Under the pieces are notes generated by a model. That model made no database searches, had not been told where the DNA came from, and saw nothing but the letters and a program-made list of their open reading frames with translations. This document shows, piece after piece, positions 38,179 to 47,572 of a DNA stretch of 64,000 nucleotides. Source of the DNA: Lachnospiraceae bacterium. GTDB taxonomy: Bacteria > Bacillota > Clostridia > Lachnospirales > Lachnospiraceae. A program made the position numbers and the translations under genes. Within the stretch, counting starts at the first letter, position 1. Every line of letters starts with the position of its first letter. The stretch covers positions 1,806 through 65,805 of the forward strand of contig JAJQIL010000072.1 of the NCBI GenBank assembly GCA_021199235.1, in the 5' to 3' direction.

Positions 38179-38626
38179 ACATTATGATCTTGGATCTGCG
38201 GACCGGTTGAAAGGTGTGATGCAGAGCCTTCAGGAAGCCGGAATTCCGCTGGAGGATCAGTATATCTGGCTGGGAGAATCTACCCGGGCAGACGGGTATC
38301 GGATGTCCAGTCAGCTTTTGGAGGAACGAATGCTTCCGGAAGCGATAGTATGTGCCAATAACTACATAGCGCTTGGCTGTGTGGCAGCAATACAGGAGAG
38401 AAAAATGCGGATACCGGATGATATAGGCGTGATCGCGTTTGATGATTATCCTTTTTCGCAGATAATTGATCCGCCGCTGACGGTGGTAGACATTAATGTA
38501 CGCGATATGGGGGTACAGGCAGGCAAGTTTCTTGTCCAGATGATCCATAACCCGAATATGCAGATACAGACTTATGTTACCACGTCTAATTTACTTATTC
38601 GGCAATCGACAAGAGAGCAGCGGTAA
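38172..38626 (+). pseudogene. C-terminal fragment of a LacI-family regulator
   Basis: PEAIVCANNYIALG...IPDDIGVIAFDD...PPLTVV; no HTH. Confidence 0.85.
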
Positions 38627-38670
38627 CATACGTGTGATAGGATATCCATGTTGAAAAATGCGGCAATCTG

Positions 38671-38885
38671 GGCTTCGGTATCCATCAGGCCGCCGCGCGC
38701 ACAGTTGATCAGGATCACGCCGTCCTTCATTTTGGCGATGGTTTCCCTGTTTATCATATGGCGGCTCTGGTCGTTTAAGTTCAGATGGATGGTGATGATG
38801 TCGCATTCGCGATAGATGGTTTCCACATCTGTGTAGGTCAGCCAGTGGGATGCCTTTCCGGGATGCAGGTTATATCCGATCGTGC
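38671..38885 (-). pseudogene. Internal fragment of a D-2-hydroxyacid dehydrogenase
   Basis: CDIITIHLNLNDQSRHMIN...MKDGVILINCARGGL. Confidence 0.85.
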
Positions 38886-39397
38886 GGGTTCTGGCTGCCG
38901 CACCGGACGGGGAGGAACTGACGATAGAGATTGTTGAGAAAGGGCGGCTCTTTGGCGAATCCTCCTTTTTGAGCAAAAGTGTACGTCCGACTACTGTAAG
39001 AGCGGTCACGGAGGTGGACCTGATCTGCTGTACGATCGAACAACTGATTCCCTGCCTGTGCCGGAATCCGGAGATCCTGACGAAGGTGCTGCAGCATTGT
39101 TCAGCCACTATGAACCATCTTTCCTATGCGCTTCATTCCTGGCGCTTTCTGGATCGTTACCAGCGGGTTGCTTCCTTCCTGCTGGAATAGACGGAAACGG
39201 ATAATCCGGATAAGGAGATTACAGAGCAGTGTCTGCCGTATTCCCATGAGGAAATTGCCATGTGTCTTGGAATCGCCCGGCCGACAGTAAGCCAGGTGCT
39301 GAAAACTTTTGAGCGGAACGGATGGGCGCGATGCGCCTATCGAAAGGTGTATGTGCTGGACAGGGGAGCGTTGGCGGAAAGCGGGGGAATAAAATGA
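38882..39397 (+). pseudogene. Crp/Fnr regulator, 5'-truncated, with an internal TAG
   Basis: LFGESSFL...RPTTVRA; TAG at 39188-39190; in-frame continuation SHEEIAMCLGIARPTVSQVLK (HTH). Confidence 0.85.
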
Positions 39398-39555
39398 AGG
39401 ACACAAGGGAGATCATTATGGATTTCAACGGCATCGGCTGCGTATACACTGTTGCGGGAGGCAACCCAAAAGCGGGAACTGAAGCTAAAGCAAAGACAGG
39501 ACAGGCAGCTGTGAGTGTACGGAACAGCTCCCAAAAACGGACAGGAGGCGCTGTG

Positions 39556-40035
39556 ATGAAGAAAAAAGCGATTGTGGCAGGACATATCTGCCTGGATATT
39601 ACGCCGGTGTTTCCGGAACGTCCGGTAGAGAAGGTGAATGATCTTTTACAGCCGGGCAAACTGATCCATATGAATGAAGCCGACTGGTACGGGATTCTTG
39701 AGCGGGTGCTTCCCTATGTGGACTTTTTTGTGCCAAGCGTGGAAGAACTCATGTTTATGCTTGACCGGGAACGGTTTGAAGACCTGCAGAAGCGCGCTGC
39801 AGGCCGGGATATCACGGATATTCTTAATATCGAAAAGGATGTCCGGCCTCTGGCTGATACCAGTATCGCGGCTTTTCTGACAGCAGTCCTGCAGGGGGAG
39901 ACTCCGGAAACATCCATGCATCTGGCTGCGGCTGCCGGGGCCTGCTGTGTAAGCTCCTACGATGCGCTTGGCGGATTGAAAAGCTTTGATGAAATGAAAG
40001 ATAAAATTGCTCATAACTGGGCGAAGAATGACTAA
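39556..40035 (+). pseudogene. PfkB-family sugar kinase with two in-frame internal deletions
   Basis: AGHICLDIT start, VDFFVPSVEEL, DTSIAAFL; the GG..AN motif and the GAG of GAGD are absent. Confidence 0.75.
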
Positions 40036-40238
40036 GAACAGGATAAAATATTCTAAAAATATATTGAACATAGAGCAATCTTTGCCTATAATTCACTTTA
40101 AATGAAACCGGTGAACCGTTTTTTTGAACAGGCGTAGTCTGTCGGCTTACGTACTGATAAAGTGGAGAAAATGATGAGTGAAGAGATTCAGATGGGCAAA
40201 GATTTGATCATTACAGATGAGATGCGGGAAAGATTTTT

Positions 40239-43200
40239 TTGAATGAGGATCCGGAATCGGAGGAATCGCTGCGCATACCGGTACGATGGCGGCATTTATT
40301 CCCCGCTGCAGCGATCGAGCAGGCCACAGACGATGCCATGCAGTCAAGGATCAGTATTAAGCATGGCTGGATCGGACTGCATGCAGAATGTTCTTTGGAT
40401 GCGGCGGAGAAAAAGGCGGTGGGAATCTCGTCAAAAAGAAGGCTGTCTTATGACAGTCCTTATTACAGCTATTCGGGAGAGCCGTGTTTTTCGGTCTCAA
40501 TTGATAAATGGCCGTTTGATATCCATACGAAGCTGGAAGCGCAGCTTCTGCACTGTAACTGTCCGGAAGGGAAAAAGGGCAAATTGTGCTGCCATGAGGC
40601 GGCGCTTCTTTATTACATGGAACAGAAAAACGGCGGCCTTATTGTTGTGGAAGAGGACAGGTTTGCCGGCAGGGAACGGATTGGTGCCGTTAAGAGGAAA
40701 AAGAAGAACGAAAAACTGGCGCAGCTGCAGGAGCACTATGGTCTTACACCGTGTCCTGCCCTGGACTTCTTTGAGGGACGCAAGGATCCCGGCGGGATTG
40801 CCGTTTACGATATGAGGACTGCCCTGAAGGATTTTGTGACGGATCCGTATTCGATGCATATGGCAAAGGATATTCTGGAGAACCATCCGAATGCGGTTTC
40901 TCTTTACGCAAATGAAAAGAAAGACCGTGACGGTACACGGACATTTCAGGCAAAGCTCAATGATCAGGATATCGTGTCCGACTATTATTTTACGGCGGGG
41001 AAAGCCCGGCTTACGGGGAACAAACTGATTCTGGATGCCGAGGAAGGTTATCTTGACGGAGAGGACCGGTCCCGTTCGTACATGGATTTTGGTGAAGAAA
41101 TCAAAGCAGAGACGAACCATCTGAATATCAACGGCCTGATCCTGTGTAAACTTCTCTGGGATGAGACGGATAAGCTGGCGGAGAAGACCGTTGACCTCAC
41201 GGATTCGAAAGCCAGAGAATTTTTCAGCAGTCTGGAAAAGGCGAGCCGGGCAAAGATCCGGAAGACAGTCCGCACTGAACAGCAGAGAAAGAAAGCCGTC
41301 GAACTGTATCCCCGTATTATCATTGAGAAAGGGGAGGCAAAACTCAGCTTCCGGATCCAGAAAGAGGGCGGAAAGCTCATCGTAATCCGTAATGTCAGGG
41401 AACTGGTCGCGGCCTGCATCGGCCGATATACGCTTACCCTTTCAAAAACAGAGAGTATTGACTTTGGAGAATATGATTTCACGGATCACTCGGCCGGGCT
41501 TTTTGATTTTCTACAGAGGAAGGTCGGCGATGTCTCCGATATCAATATGCAGATTGAGGCGAGAAATGTGTTCTCCAGACACAGTGTCAGGACAATCAAT
41601 GTCACTTCGAACCTGGAGCTTAAGGGCGCGGTTCTGGATAATTTTTACGACGTCTGGGAAGGACAGACCGCGGAATATCAGGACAAGACAAACGGGGTGG
41701 CCAGCAGGGAGATTCCGGTGGCTCACAGAGATATCCGGCTTTCCCTCACCTGCGATCGCCTGTCGGACGCGAGAGGAGTATTCTCCGGGATTGCAGTGCA
41801 TGGCCTGATTCCCGTGCTGCTTGATGGCAGCGGGTCTCATCGTTATATGCTGAACGCGGACGGCCTTTCCCGGATTACAGAGAAGGAACAGGAGATTATC
41901 GAGCCGTTTGACGCTGTCGCGGATTCCTCCGGATATTTTCGGTTTCAGGTAGGCCTTCCGAATCTGCAGGAATTCTATTACCGTGTTGTGCCGGCTTTTT
42001 TGGAGAACCCGTCGGTTGATTTTACGGATAATTGCGAAAAGGAAGCGGAGGGGTATCTTCCTCCGGAGCCGCATTTTGATTTTTATCTCGATTGTGATAC
42101 ATCGGACATTTCGGCGATGACCGGATCTGATACAGAAGAAAGACGGAAGAGGCGGGAGCAGGTGTTTCATCTCCTGCGCTGTACGGGAAAGGTTCGGTAC
42201 AGGGAAAAGTGCCGGAAAAAACAGGCGGCTGCGGGAAGTACTGAAAATACAGAACTTACTGAATATATGGAAAGTGCTGAAACAGAATGCGCGGAAAAGG
42301 TTTATACGCTTTGCGTTTCAGATTCCAAAGACGGGTATCGGGACGTGGAACAGGAAAAGCGGGTTGCCGATGCGGTCAGTGCGCTGATGTATTACCTGAA
42401 GCCTGACGAGGATGGAGTTTTCTCAACGGTTCTTAATGATGAACAGCTTTTTCAGTTTCTGCAGTCCGGTATTGCGGTTCTGGAAGAGTATGGCACGGTG
42501 CACGGCTCCGAAGCGTTCCGGAAGTTTACGGTTGCGCCTGTCCCGAAAATGAAGGTCGGCGTTTCAGTGGAGAGCGGCATTCTTGACCTGTCATTGACTT
42601 CCTCCGGGATTACGGAAGAAGAGCTGCTGGAGGTACTGCAAAGCTATCGCGAGAAGAAACGGTTCCATGTGCTTTCATCAGGGAGTTTTCTGGATCTGGA
42701 AGAAGATGATCAGCTTTCCGAGATCAGCTTTTTTATGCAGGAACTGGATCTGAATCCGGAAGAAGTGATCCGGAAGAGTGCGAAAGTGCCGCTTTACCGC
42801 GCTATGTATATTGATAAACTTCTTGAAGAGCATGACGCGCTGTATTCCACAAGGGACCGGGTATATCGCGGTCTTGTCCGCAATTTTAAAACAATCCGGG
42901 ATTCCGAGAGCGAGCCGCCGGCGCAGCTTGCCGGAATCATGAGACCTTATCAGGTGCTGGGCTTCAAATGGATCCGGACTCTGGAGGAATCCGGGTTCGG
43001 CGGGATTCTGGCGGATGAGATGGGACTGGGGAAGACACTGCAGACAATTTCGGTTCTTCTGTATGATTACAATGAAAAGAAGCCGGGGACAGAGCATCCG
43101 TCTCTGGTAGTCTGCCCCGCGTCCCTTGTCTATAACTGGCAGGAGGAATTTGAAAAATTTGCACCGGATATCCGGGTGATGCCGGTGACCGGCGGCGCGG

Positions 43201-44330
43201 CGTCCAGGAAAAAAGCGTTTGCAGCATGGGATACCACACAGGTGTACATCATCTCCTACGATCTGCTGAAACGCAACATCGCGGAATTCTCCGGAAAGGA
43301 ATTCTTTTATGCAGTACTGGATGAAGCACAGGCTGTCAAAAATTCAGGCGCGGCCGTCTCAAAGGCCGTAAAGACACTGAACGCCGCACACCGCATTGCG
43401 CTGACCGGAACGCCGATTGAGAACCGTCTCTCGGAGCTTTGGAGTATTTTTGATTTTCTGATGCCTGGCTTTTTATATTCTCAAAAGGAATTTGAACAGC
43501 GCTTTGCGGTCCCTGTCACGAAGAATAAAGATCAGGAAGCAGTGGAGAAACTTAAAAAAATGACTTCTCCTTTCCTCATGAGAAGGCGGAAAGAGGACGT
43601 GCTAAAAGACCTGCCCGCGAAGCTGGAGGAAGTGCGCTATGTGCCGATTTCCGGAGAACAGCAGAAGCTCTATGACGCGCAGGTCCTGAAATTGAGAAAT
43701 TCAATCCTGGATGGAACCATGGAGTACGGTACAGGAAAAGTGAAGGTGCTCGCGGAGCTCACAAAGATCCGTGAAATCTGTTGCGACCCGTCGCTTCTCT
43801 ATGAAGACTACCACGAAGAGAGCGGGAAACGGGAGGCAGTTATGGGCCTGATCCGGCAGGCGATGGACGGCGGACACAGAATGCTCCTTTTCTCCCAGTT
43901 TACGTCGATGCTCGCGCTTCTTGAGAGGGACCTTAAGGCGGAAGGAATCCCATACTATATTCTGACCGGTGCTACGTCTAAGGAAAAACGGATACAGCTG
44001 GTGCACCAGTTTAATGAAGGGAACGTTCCGGTGTTTCTGATCTCACTCAAGGCGGGCGGCAATGGCCTGAACCTGACGGGAGCGGATATCGTGATCCACT
44101 ACGATCCGTGGTGGAACTTTGCCGCGCAGAATCAGGCGACAGACCGGGCTCACCGGATCGGCCAGACCAGGCAGGTCACCGTGTACCGGCTGATCCTGAA
44201 AGGGACGATAGAAGAACGGATTCTGAAACTGCAGGAAGAGAAAAAGGATCTCGCGGATCAGGTCCTTTCCGGGGAAGGCGCGTCGCTTGCAAGTCTGTCA
44301 CAGGAGGAGCTGCTGGAATTGCTTGGGTAA
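40239..44330 (+). CDS. SWIM zinc finger-SNF2 family helicase/ATPase
   Basis: CNCP...CCHEAA; ILADEMGLGKT; LDEAQ; LTGTPIEN; FSQF; SLKAGG; QATDRAHRIGQ. Confidence 0.92.
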   Translation: MNEDPESEESLRIPVRWRHLFPAAAIEQATDDAMQSRISIKHGWIGLHAECSLDAAEKKAVGISSKRRLSYDSPYYSYSGEPCFSVSIDKWPFDIHTKLEAQLLHCNCPEGKKGKLCCHEAALLYYMEQKNGGLIVVEEDRFAGRERIGAVKRKKKNEKLAQLQEHYGLTPCPALDFFEGRKDPGGIAVYDMRTALKDFVTDPYSMHMAKDILENHPNAVSLYANEKKDRDGTRTFQAKLNDQDIVSDYYFTAGKARLTGNKLILDAEEGYLDGEDRSRSYMDFGEEIKAETNHLNINGLILCKLLWDETDKLAEKTVDLTDSKAREFFSSLEKASRAKIRKTVRTEQQRKKAVELYPRIIIEKGEAKLSFRIQKEGGKLIVIRNVRELVAACIGRYTLTLSKTESIDFGEYDFTDHSAGLFDFLQRKVGDVSDINMQIEARNVFSRHSVRTINVTSNLELKGAVLDNFYDVWEGQTAEYQDKTNGVASREIPVAHRDIRLSLTCDRLSDARGVFSGIAVHGLIPVLLDGSGSHRYMLNADGLSRITEKEQEIIEPFDAVADSSGYFRFQVGLPNLQEFYYRVVPAFLENPSVDFTDNCEKEAEGYLPPEPHFDFYLDCDTSDISAMTGSDTEERRKRREQVFHLLRCTGKVRYREKCRKKQAAAGSTENTELTEYMESAETECAEKVYTLCVSDSKDGYRDVEQEKRVADAVSALMYYLKPDEDGVFSTVLNDEQLFQFLQSGIAVLEEYGTVHGSEAFRKFTVAPVPKMKVGVSVESGILDLSLTSSGITEEELLEVLQSYREKKRFHVLSSGSFLDLEEDDQLSEISFFMQELDLNPEEVIRKSAKVPLYRAMYIDKLLEEHDALYSTRDRVYRGLVRNFKTIRDSESEPPAQLAGIMRPYQVLGFKWIRTLEESGFGGILADEMGLGKTLQTISVLLYDYNEKKPGTEHPSLVVCPASLVYNWQEEFEKFAPDIRVMPVTGGAASRKKAFAAWDTTQVYIISYDLLKRNIAEFSGKEFFYAVLDEAQAVKNSGAAVSKAVKTLNAAHRIALTGTPIENRLSELWSIFDFLMPGFLYSQKEFEQRFAVPVTKNKDQEAVEKLKKMTSPFLMRRRKEDVLKDLPAKLEEVRYVPISGEQQKLYDAQVLKLRNSILDGTMEYGTGKVKVLAELTKIREICCDPSLLYEDYHEESGKREAVMGLIRQAMDGGHRMLLFSQFTSMLALLERDLKAEGIPYYILTGATSKEKRIQLVHQFNEGNVPVFLISLKAGGNGLNLTGADIVIHYDPWWNFAAQNQATDRAHRIGQTRQVTVYRLILKGTIEERILKLQEEKKDLADQVLSGEGASLASLSQEELLELLG

Positions 44331-44384
44331 GTATAAAGAAAGGGGAAGACTACCGTCTGAACCATGGCGGTATTCGTATGAAAC

Positions 44385-46925
44385 GTGAACGCAAAGCAGA
44401 CATTAAAAAAATATTTCGGCTATGATACGTTCAAACCCGGTCAGGAAGAAATCATTGACGCTGTTCTGTCCGGAAATGATGTACTGGCAGTGATGCCGAC
44501 CGGAGCGGGGAAATCAATCTGTTATCAGGTGCCGGCCTTGCTGTTTCCGGGGATTACCGTTGTCATTTCGCCGCTGATTTCCCTTATGCAGGATCAGGTC
44601 AAGGCGTTAAATGAGGCGGGAATCCATGCGGGCTACATCAATTCTTCTTTGACAGACGCCCAGATCGCAAAGGTCTATGCGAGAGCGGCGGAGGGTGCGT
44701 ATAAAATCCTGTATGTTGCGCCGGAGCGGCTTGAAAGCCAGGGCTTCGTGGAGTTTACGGAACGGATTCACATATCCATGGTGACAGTTGACGAAGCGCA
44801 CTGTATTTCCCAGTGGGGGCAGGATTTCAGACCCAGTTACCTGAAAATCATAGATTTTATTGATCGTCTGCGGGAAAGACCGATTGTAAGCGCATTTACG
44901 GCAACCGCTACAGAAGAGGTTAAAACGGATATTTCCTGCGTACTTAAGCTGCAGGATCCTAAAATCGTAGTCACCGGCTTTGACCGTGAAAATCTCTATT
45001 TCAGAGTCGAGACAACAGGAAAGAAGGATGATTTTGTACTTGAATACATAAGGAAGAATCCCAACGAAAGCGGTATCGTATACTGTGCCACAAGGAAGAA
45101 CGTGGATAAACTGTATGAACAATTATCCGTTGACGGAATCCCGGCGACAAAATACCACGCCGGAATGAACAATGAGGACCGGAAGGTAAGCCAGGACGAT
45201 TTCATTTATGACAGATCCCTGGTGATCGTTGCCACAAACGCGTTCGGCATGGGCATCGACAAATCCAACGTAAGGTTTGTGATTCACTATAATATGCCTC
45301 AGAGCATGGAAAACTATTATCAGGAAGCCGGCCGTGCGGGCAGAGACGGCGAGCCGTCTCAGTGTATTCTGCTGTTTTCTCCGCAGGATATTATGATAAA
45401 TAAATTTCTTCTGGAGCATAAAGACTTTACGGATGTTCCGGAAGAAAACATTGAATCAATCAGACAGCACGATGCAAGAAGACTCCGGAGCATGGAAGAA
45501 TATTGCAGGACGACGGGATGTCTGCGCAATCACATTCTTGCGTACTTTGGCGAGAAAAGGAGTGAGCCATGTAATTCCTGCGGCAATTGTCACAGAGAAT
45601 ATACAGAGATTGATATGACAGAGGATGCGAAGCAGGTCATCAATTGTGTCTGGGAGACAAAAGGAAGATATGGCCTCAGTATCATCCTTGGTACACTTCT
45701 GGGTGCAAACAGAGCCAGATTAAAAGAAGTCGGGGCTGTTGATTATAAGACATACGGGGCACTGAAATACCGCTCTGAATCAGAACTCCGGCTGCTGATC
45801 AGTCAGCTTATCATGGACGGATATCTCCGTCAGACCGCTGATAGATATAGTGTGATTCGCCTGGGAAATATAGCTCCTCTTAAGGAGGAGGGGACGCGCA
45901 TTCTGGTTCGAATCCACGATAACGAAAAGCAGGAAAGGCCGGAGCGTCTGGTCAAATCCAGCGGCAGGAGGAGCACGGATTCTCTCACAAAGGCAGGCTA
46001 TGAATTATTTGAAGTTTTCCGACAACTGCGCCTGAAAATTGCCAGAGAAGAAGGAACGCCGCCGTATATTATCTTCAGTGATAAAACACTGATCGATATG
46101 AGTGTAAAAATACCGCAGGACAAAGCAACTATGCTGAATGTATCCGGTGTAGGCGAGGCCAAATACGAGAAATATGGCAGCAGGTTTATAGAGGCAATCA
46201 CAGCATTTTTGGAGGAACATCCGGATGCCGTCACCAGCATAGAGGCTGATGACGGTGCGTGCGGAAATGTTTCCAAAGAAAAAGGCGTGCCTGGTAAAAA
46301 GGTAAAAAAGCAAAAAAGATCATTTTACCTTAACCCGGAAGATGGGGATAAGTATGAATTCAAGAACCTTTCTCTTTTGACTGAAATTCGGGATGAGTTG
46401 AACCGAATTACATCTGCGGACAATGTAAAGCATATATTTGGGACAGATCTGTTCCGGCTGCTGACAGCGATGGGTTATGTGAAAGAACAGGAGGTGGAAG
46501 GCAAATTAGTTCAGACACAAACAGAACTGGGCCTGTCCAAGGGGATTGCTGTCACTGAAAAAATAAGTAAAGCGGGAAATGTGTACACAGTTTTGTTATA
46601 TCCACCAGAGGTTCAGAAAGAGATTGTGGAGTTCTATATTGAAATGGGAAATCAGGCAGAATCTGACGGATCTGGCAAAGATGCCGAAGGTGGCGAATAT
46701 GTCGAAAATGCAGGATCAGGTGATGCCGGAAAGACGGCCAGAGTGGAATATAACCGCAAAATGAACAGACCGGATGGAGCCGGGAAGTCCTGGACCGAGG
46801 AAGAGGATAAACAGCTTGATGATGAGTATCAGTCCGGCATGACAATTTCCGGGATCGCAAGGATTCATGACCGCACAAATGGAGCGATACGCGCCAGACT
46901 GAAAAAACATGGGCTTATAGAATAG
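44385..46925 (+). CDS. recQ: ATP-dependent DNA helicase RecQ with a C-terminal extension
   Basis: PTGAGKS, DEAHCISQWGQDFRPSY, QEAGRAGRDG, Zn cysteines, RQC, HRDC (PPYIIFSDKTL). Confidence 0.93.
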   Translation: MNAKQTLKKYFGYDTFKPGQEEIIDAVLSGNDVLAVMPTGAGKSICYQVPALLFPGITVVISPLISLMQDQVKALNEAGIHAGYINSSLTDAQIAKVYARAAEGAYKILYVAPERLESQGFVEFTERIHISMVTVDEAHCISQWGQDFRPSYLKIIDFIDRLRERPIVSAFTATATEEVKTDISCVLKLQDPKIVVTGFDRENLYFRVETTGKKDDFVLEYIRKNPNESGIVYCATRKNVDKLYEQLSVDGIPATKYHAGMNNEDRKVSQDDFIYDRSLVIVATNAFGMGIDKSNVRFVIHYNMPQSMENYYQEAGRAGRDGEPSQCILLFSPQDIMINKFLLEHKDFTDVPEENIESIRQHDARRLRSMEEYCRTTGCLRNHILAYFGEKRSEPCNSCGNCHREYTEIDMTEDAKQVINCVWETKGRYGLSIILGTLLGANRARLKEVGAVDYKTYGALKYRSESELRLLISQLIMDGYLRQTADRYSVIRLGNIAPLKEEGTRILVRIHDNEKQERPERLVKSSGRRSTDSLTKAGYELFEVFRQLRLKIAREEGTPPYIIFSDKTLIDMSVKIPQDKATMLNVSGVGEAKYEKYGSRFIEAITAFLEEHPDAVTSIEADDGACGNVSKEKGVPGKKVKKQKRSFYLNPEDGDKYEFKNLSLLTEIRDELNRITSADNVKHIFGTDLFRLLTAMGYVKEQEVEGKLVQTQTELGLSKGIAVTEKISKAGNVYTVLLYPPEVQKEIVEFYIEMGNQAESDGSGKDAEGGEYVENAGSGDAGKTARVEYNRKMNRPDGAGKSWTEEEDKQLDDEYQSGMTISGIARIHDRTNGAIRARLKKHGLIE

Positions 46926-46939
46926 ATATTTTCTTAATA

Positions 46940-46970
46940 ATGGTCTGGTTCAATTTGAGCCAGACCCAAA
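46940..46970. repeat. Family-3 palindrome
   Basis: TGGTCTGGTTCAA-T-TTGAGCCAGACC; near-identical copy at 60880. Confidence 0.8.
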
Positions 46971-46987
46971 TTTGTGGCTTCTCCCTA

Positions 46988-47286
46988 TCAATAAATCAAT
47001 GATAAGGCTGGAAAAATCTGTTACACTAAGGATCAATACAACGGATAAACACAGCGGGGATGCTGTGGCAGAGGCAATCGAGTCGATACATCAGTCTTCT
47101 GCGGCGCATCTGTTTTACGATAAGGAAAGCTGCGCAATATAAAATCGCTGCGCGATTGTATATCTCGTACGAAGTGCGGGATGCCCACGCCCCACGATCG
47201 GAGATTGGGGGCATACCCGGCGAGGGGCGCGGCCTTCGTCCATACTCGCTGCACGAGTACGGACATGTAATGAGCAGGCACTTCGA
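46988..47286 (+). pseudogene. Internally deleted duplicate of 48985-50187
   Basis: High similarity to 48985-49059 joined at GGATG to 50027-50187. Confidence 0.85.
47124..47267 (+). mobile_element. Family-1 element copy B with a 68-bp nested insert, flanked by TAA/TAA
   Basis: Near-identical to copy C except for an extra hairpin block; TAA at 47121-47123 and 47268-47270. Confidence 0.8.
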
Positions 47287-47357
47287 TTTTTGAATCTTAC
47301 GCCCAATGTCTGTGCAGTCTCAGTCTATATAGAGCCAAAATTCCTGGAATCACACCA

Positions 47358-47493
47358 ATAATCATGTCTGGGTGTGATTAAACGACCACAATAATCTGGA
47401 ATATGTGCATTTTTAGTGGAATAATAATCTAAAAAAAGTGCGAAAATATCGAAATGATAATCTTGCATTTGTGCAAATTCTCATGTATAATCC
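47358..47493 (+). repeat. Degenerate 33-bp-period array ATAATC-N8-GTG overlapping the promoter
   Basis: ATAATC at 47358, 47391, 47424 and 47457 (exact 33), then 47487 (30); GTG at offset +14 in four units. Confidence 0.85.
47463..47491 (+). promoter_or_regulatory. Sigma-A-like promoter
   Basis: TTGCAT-17 bp-TATAAT. Confidence 0.65.
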
Positions 47494-47572
47494 CCACAGT
47501 TAATATAATAGTCGGCCGCTATGCAAACAGTTAACCTGCACGCAGAAATAAGGGCCGATTCATTTATCTGAA

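Noticed and set aside
39188-39190. In-frame TAG in the Crp gene as pyrrolysine recoding
   Set aside because: The gene is also 5'-truncated within a fragment cluster and no pyl genes are visible; a nonsense mutation is simpler
47358-47493. 33-bp-period array as a CRISPR array
   Set aside because: Units are too degenerate and short for repeat plus spacer; no leader or cas genes
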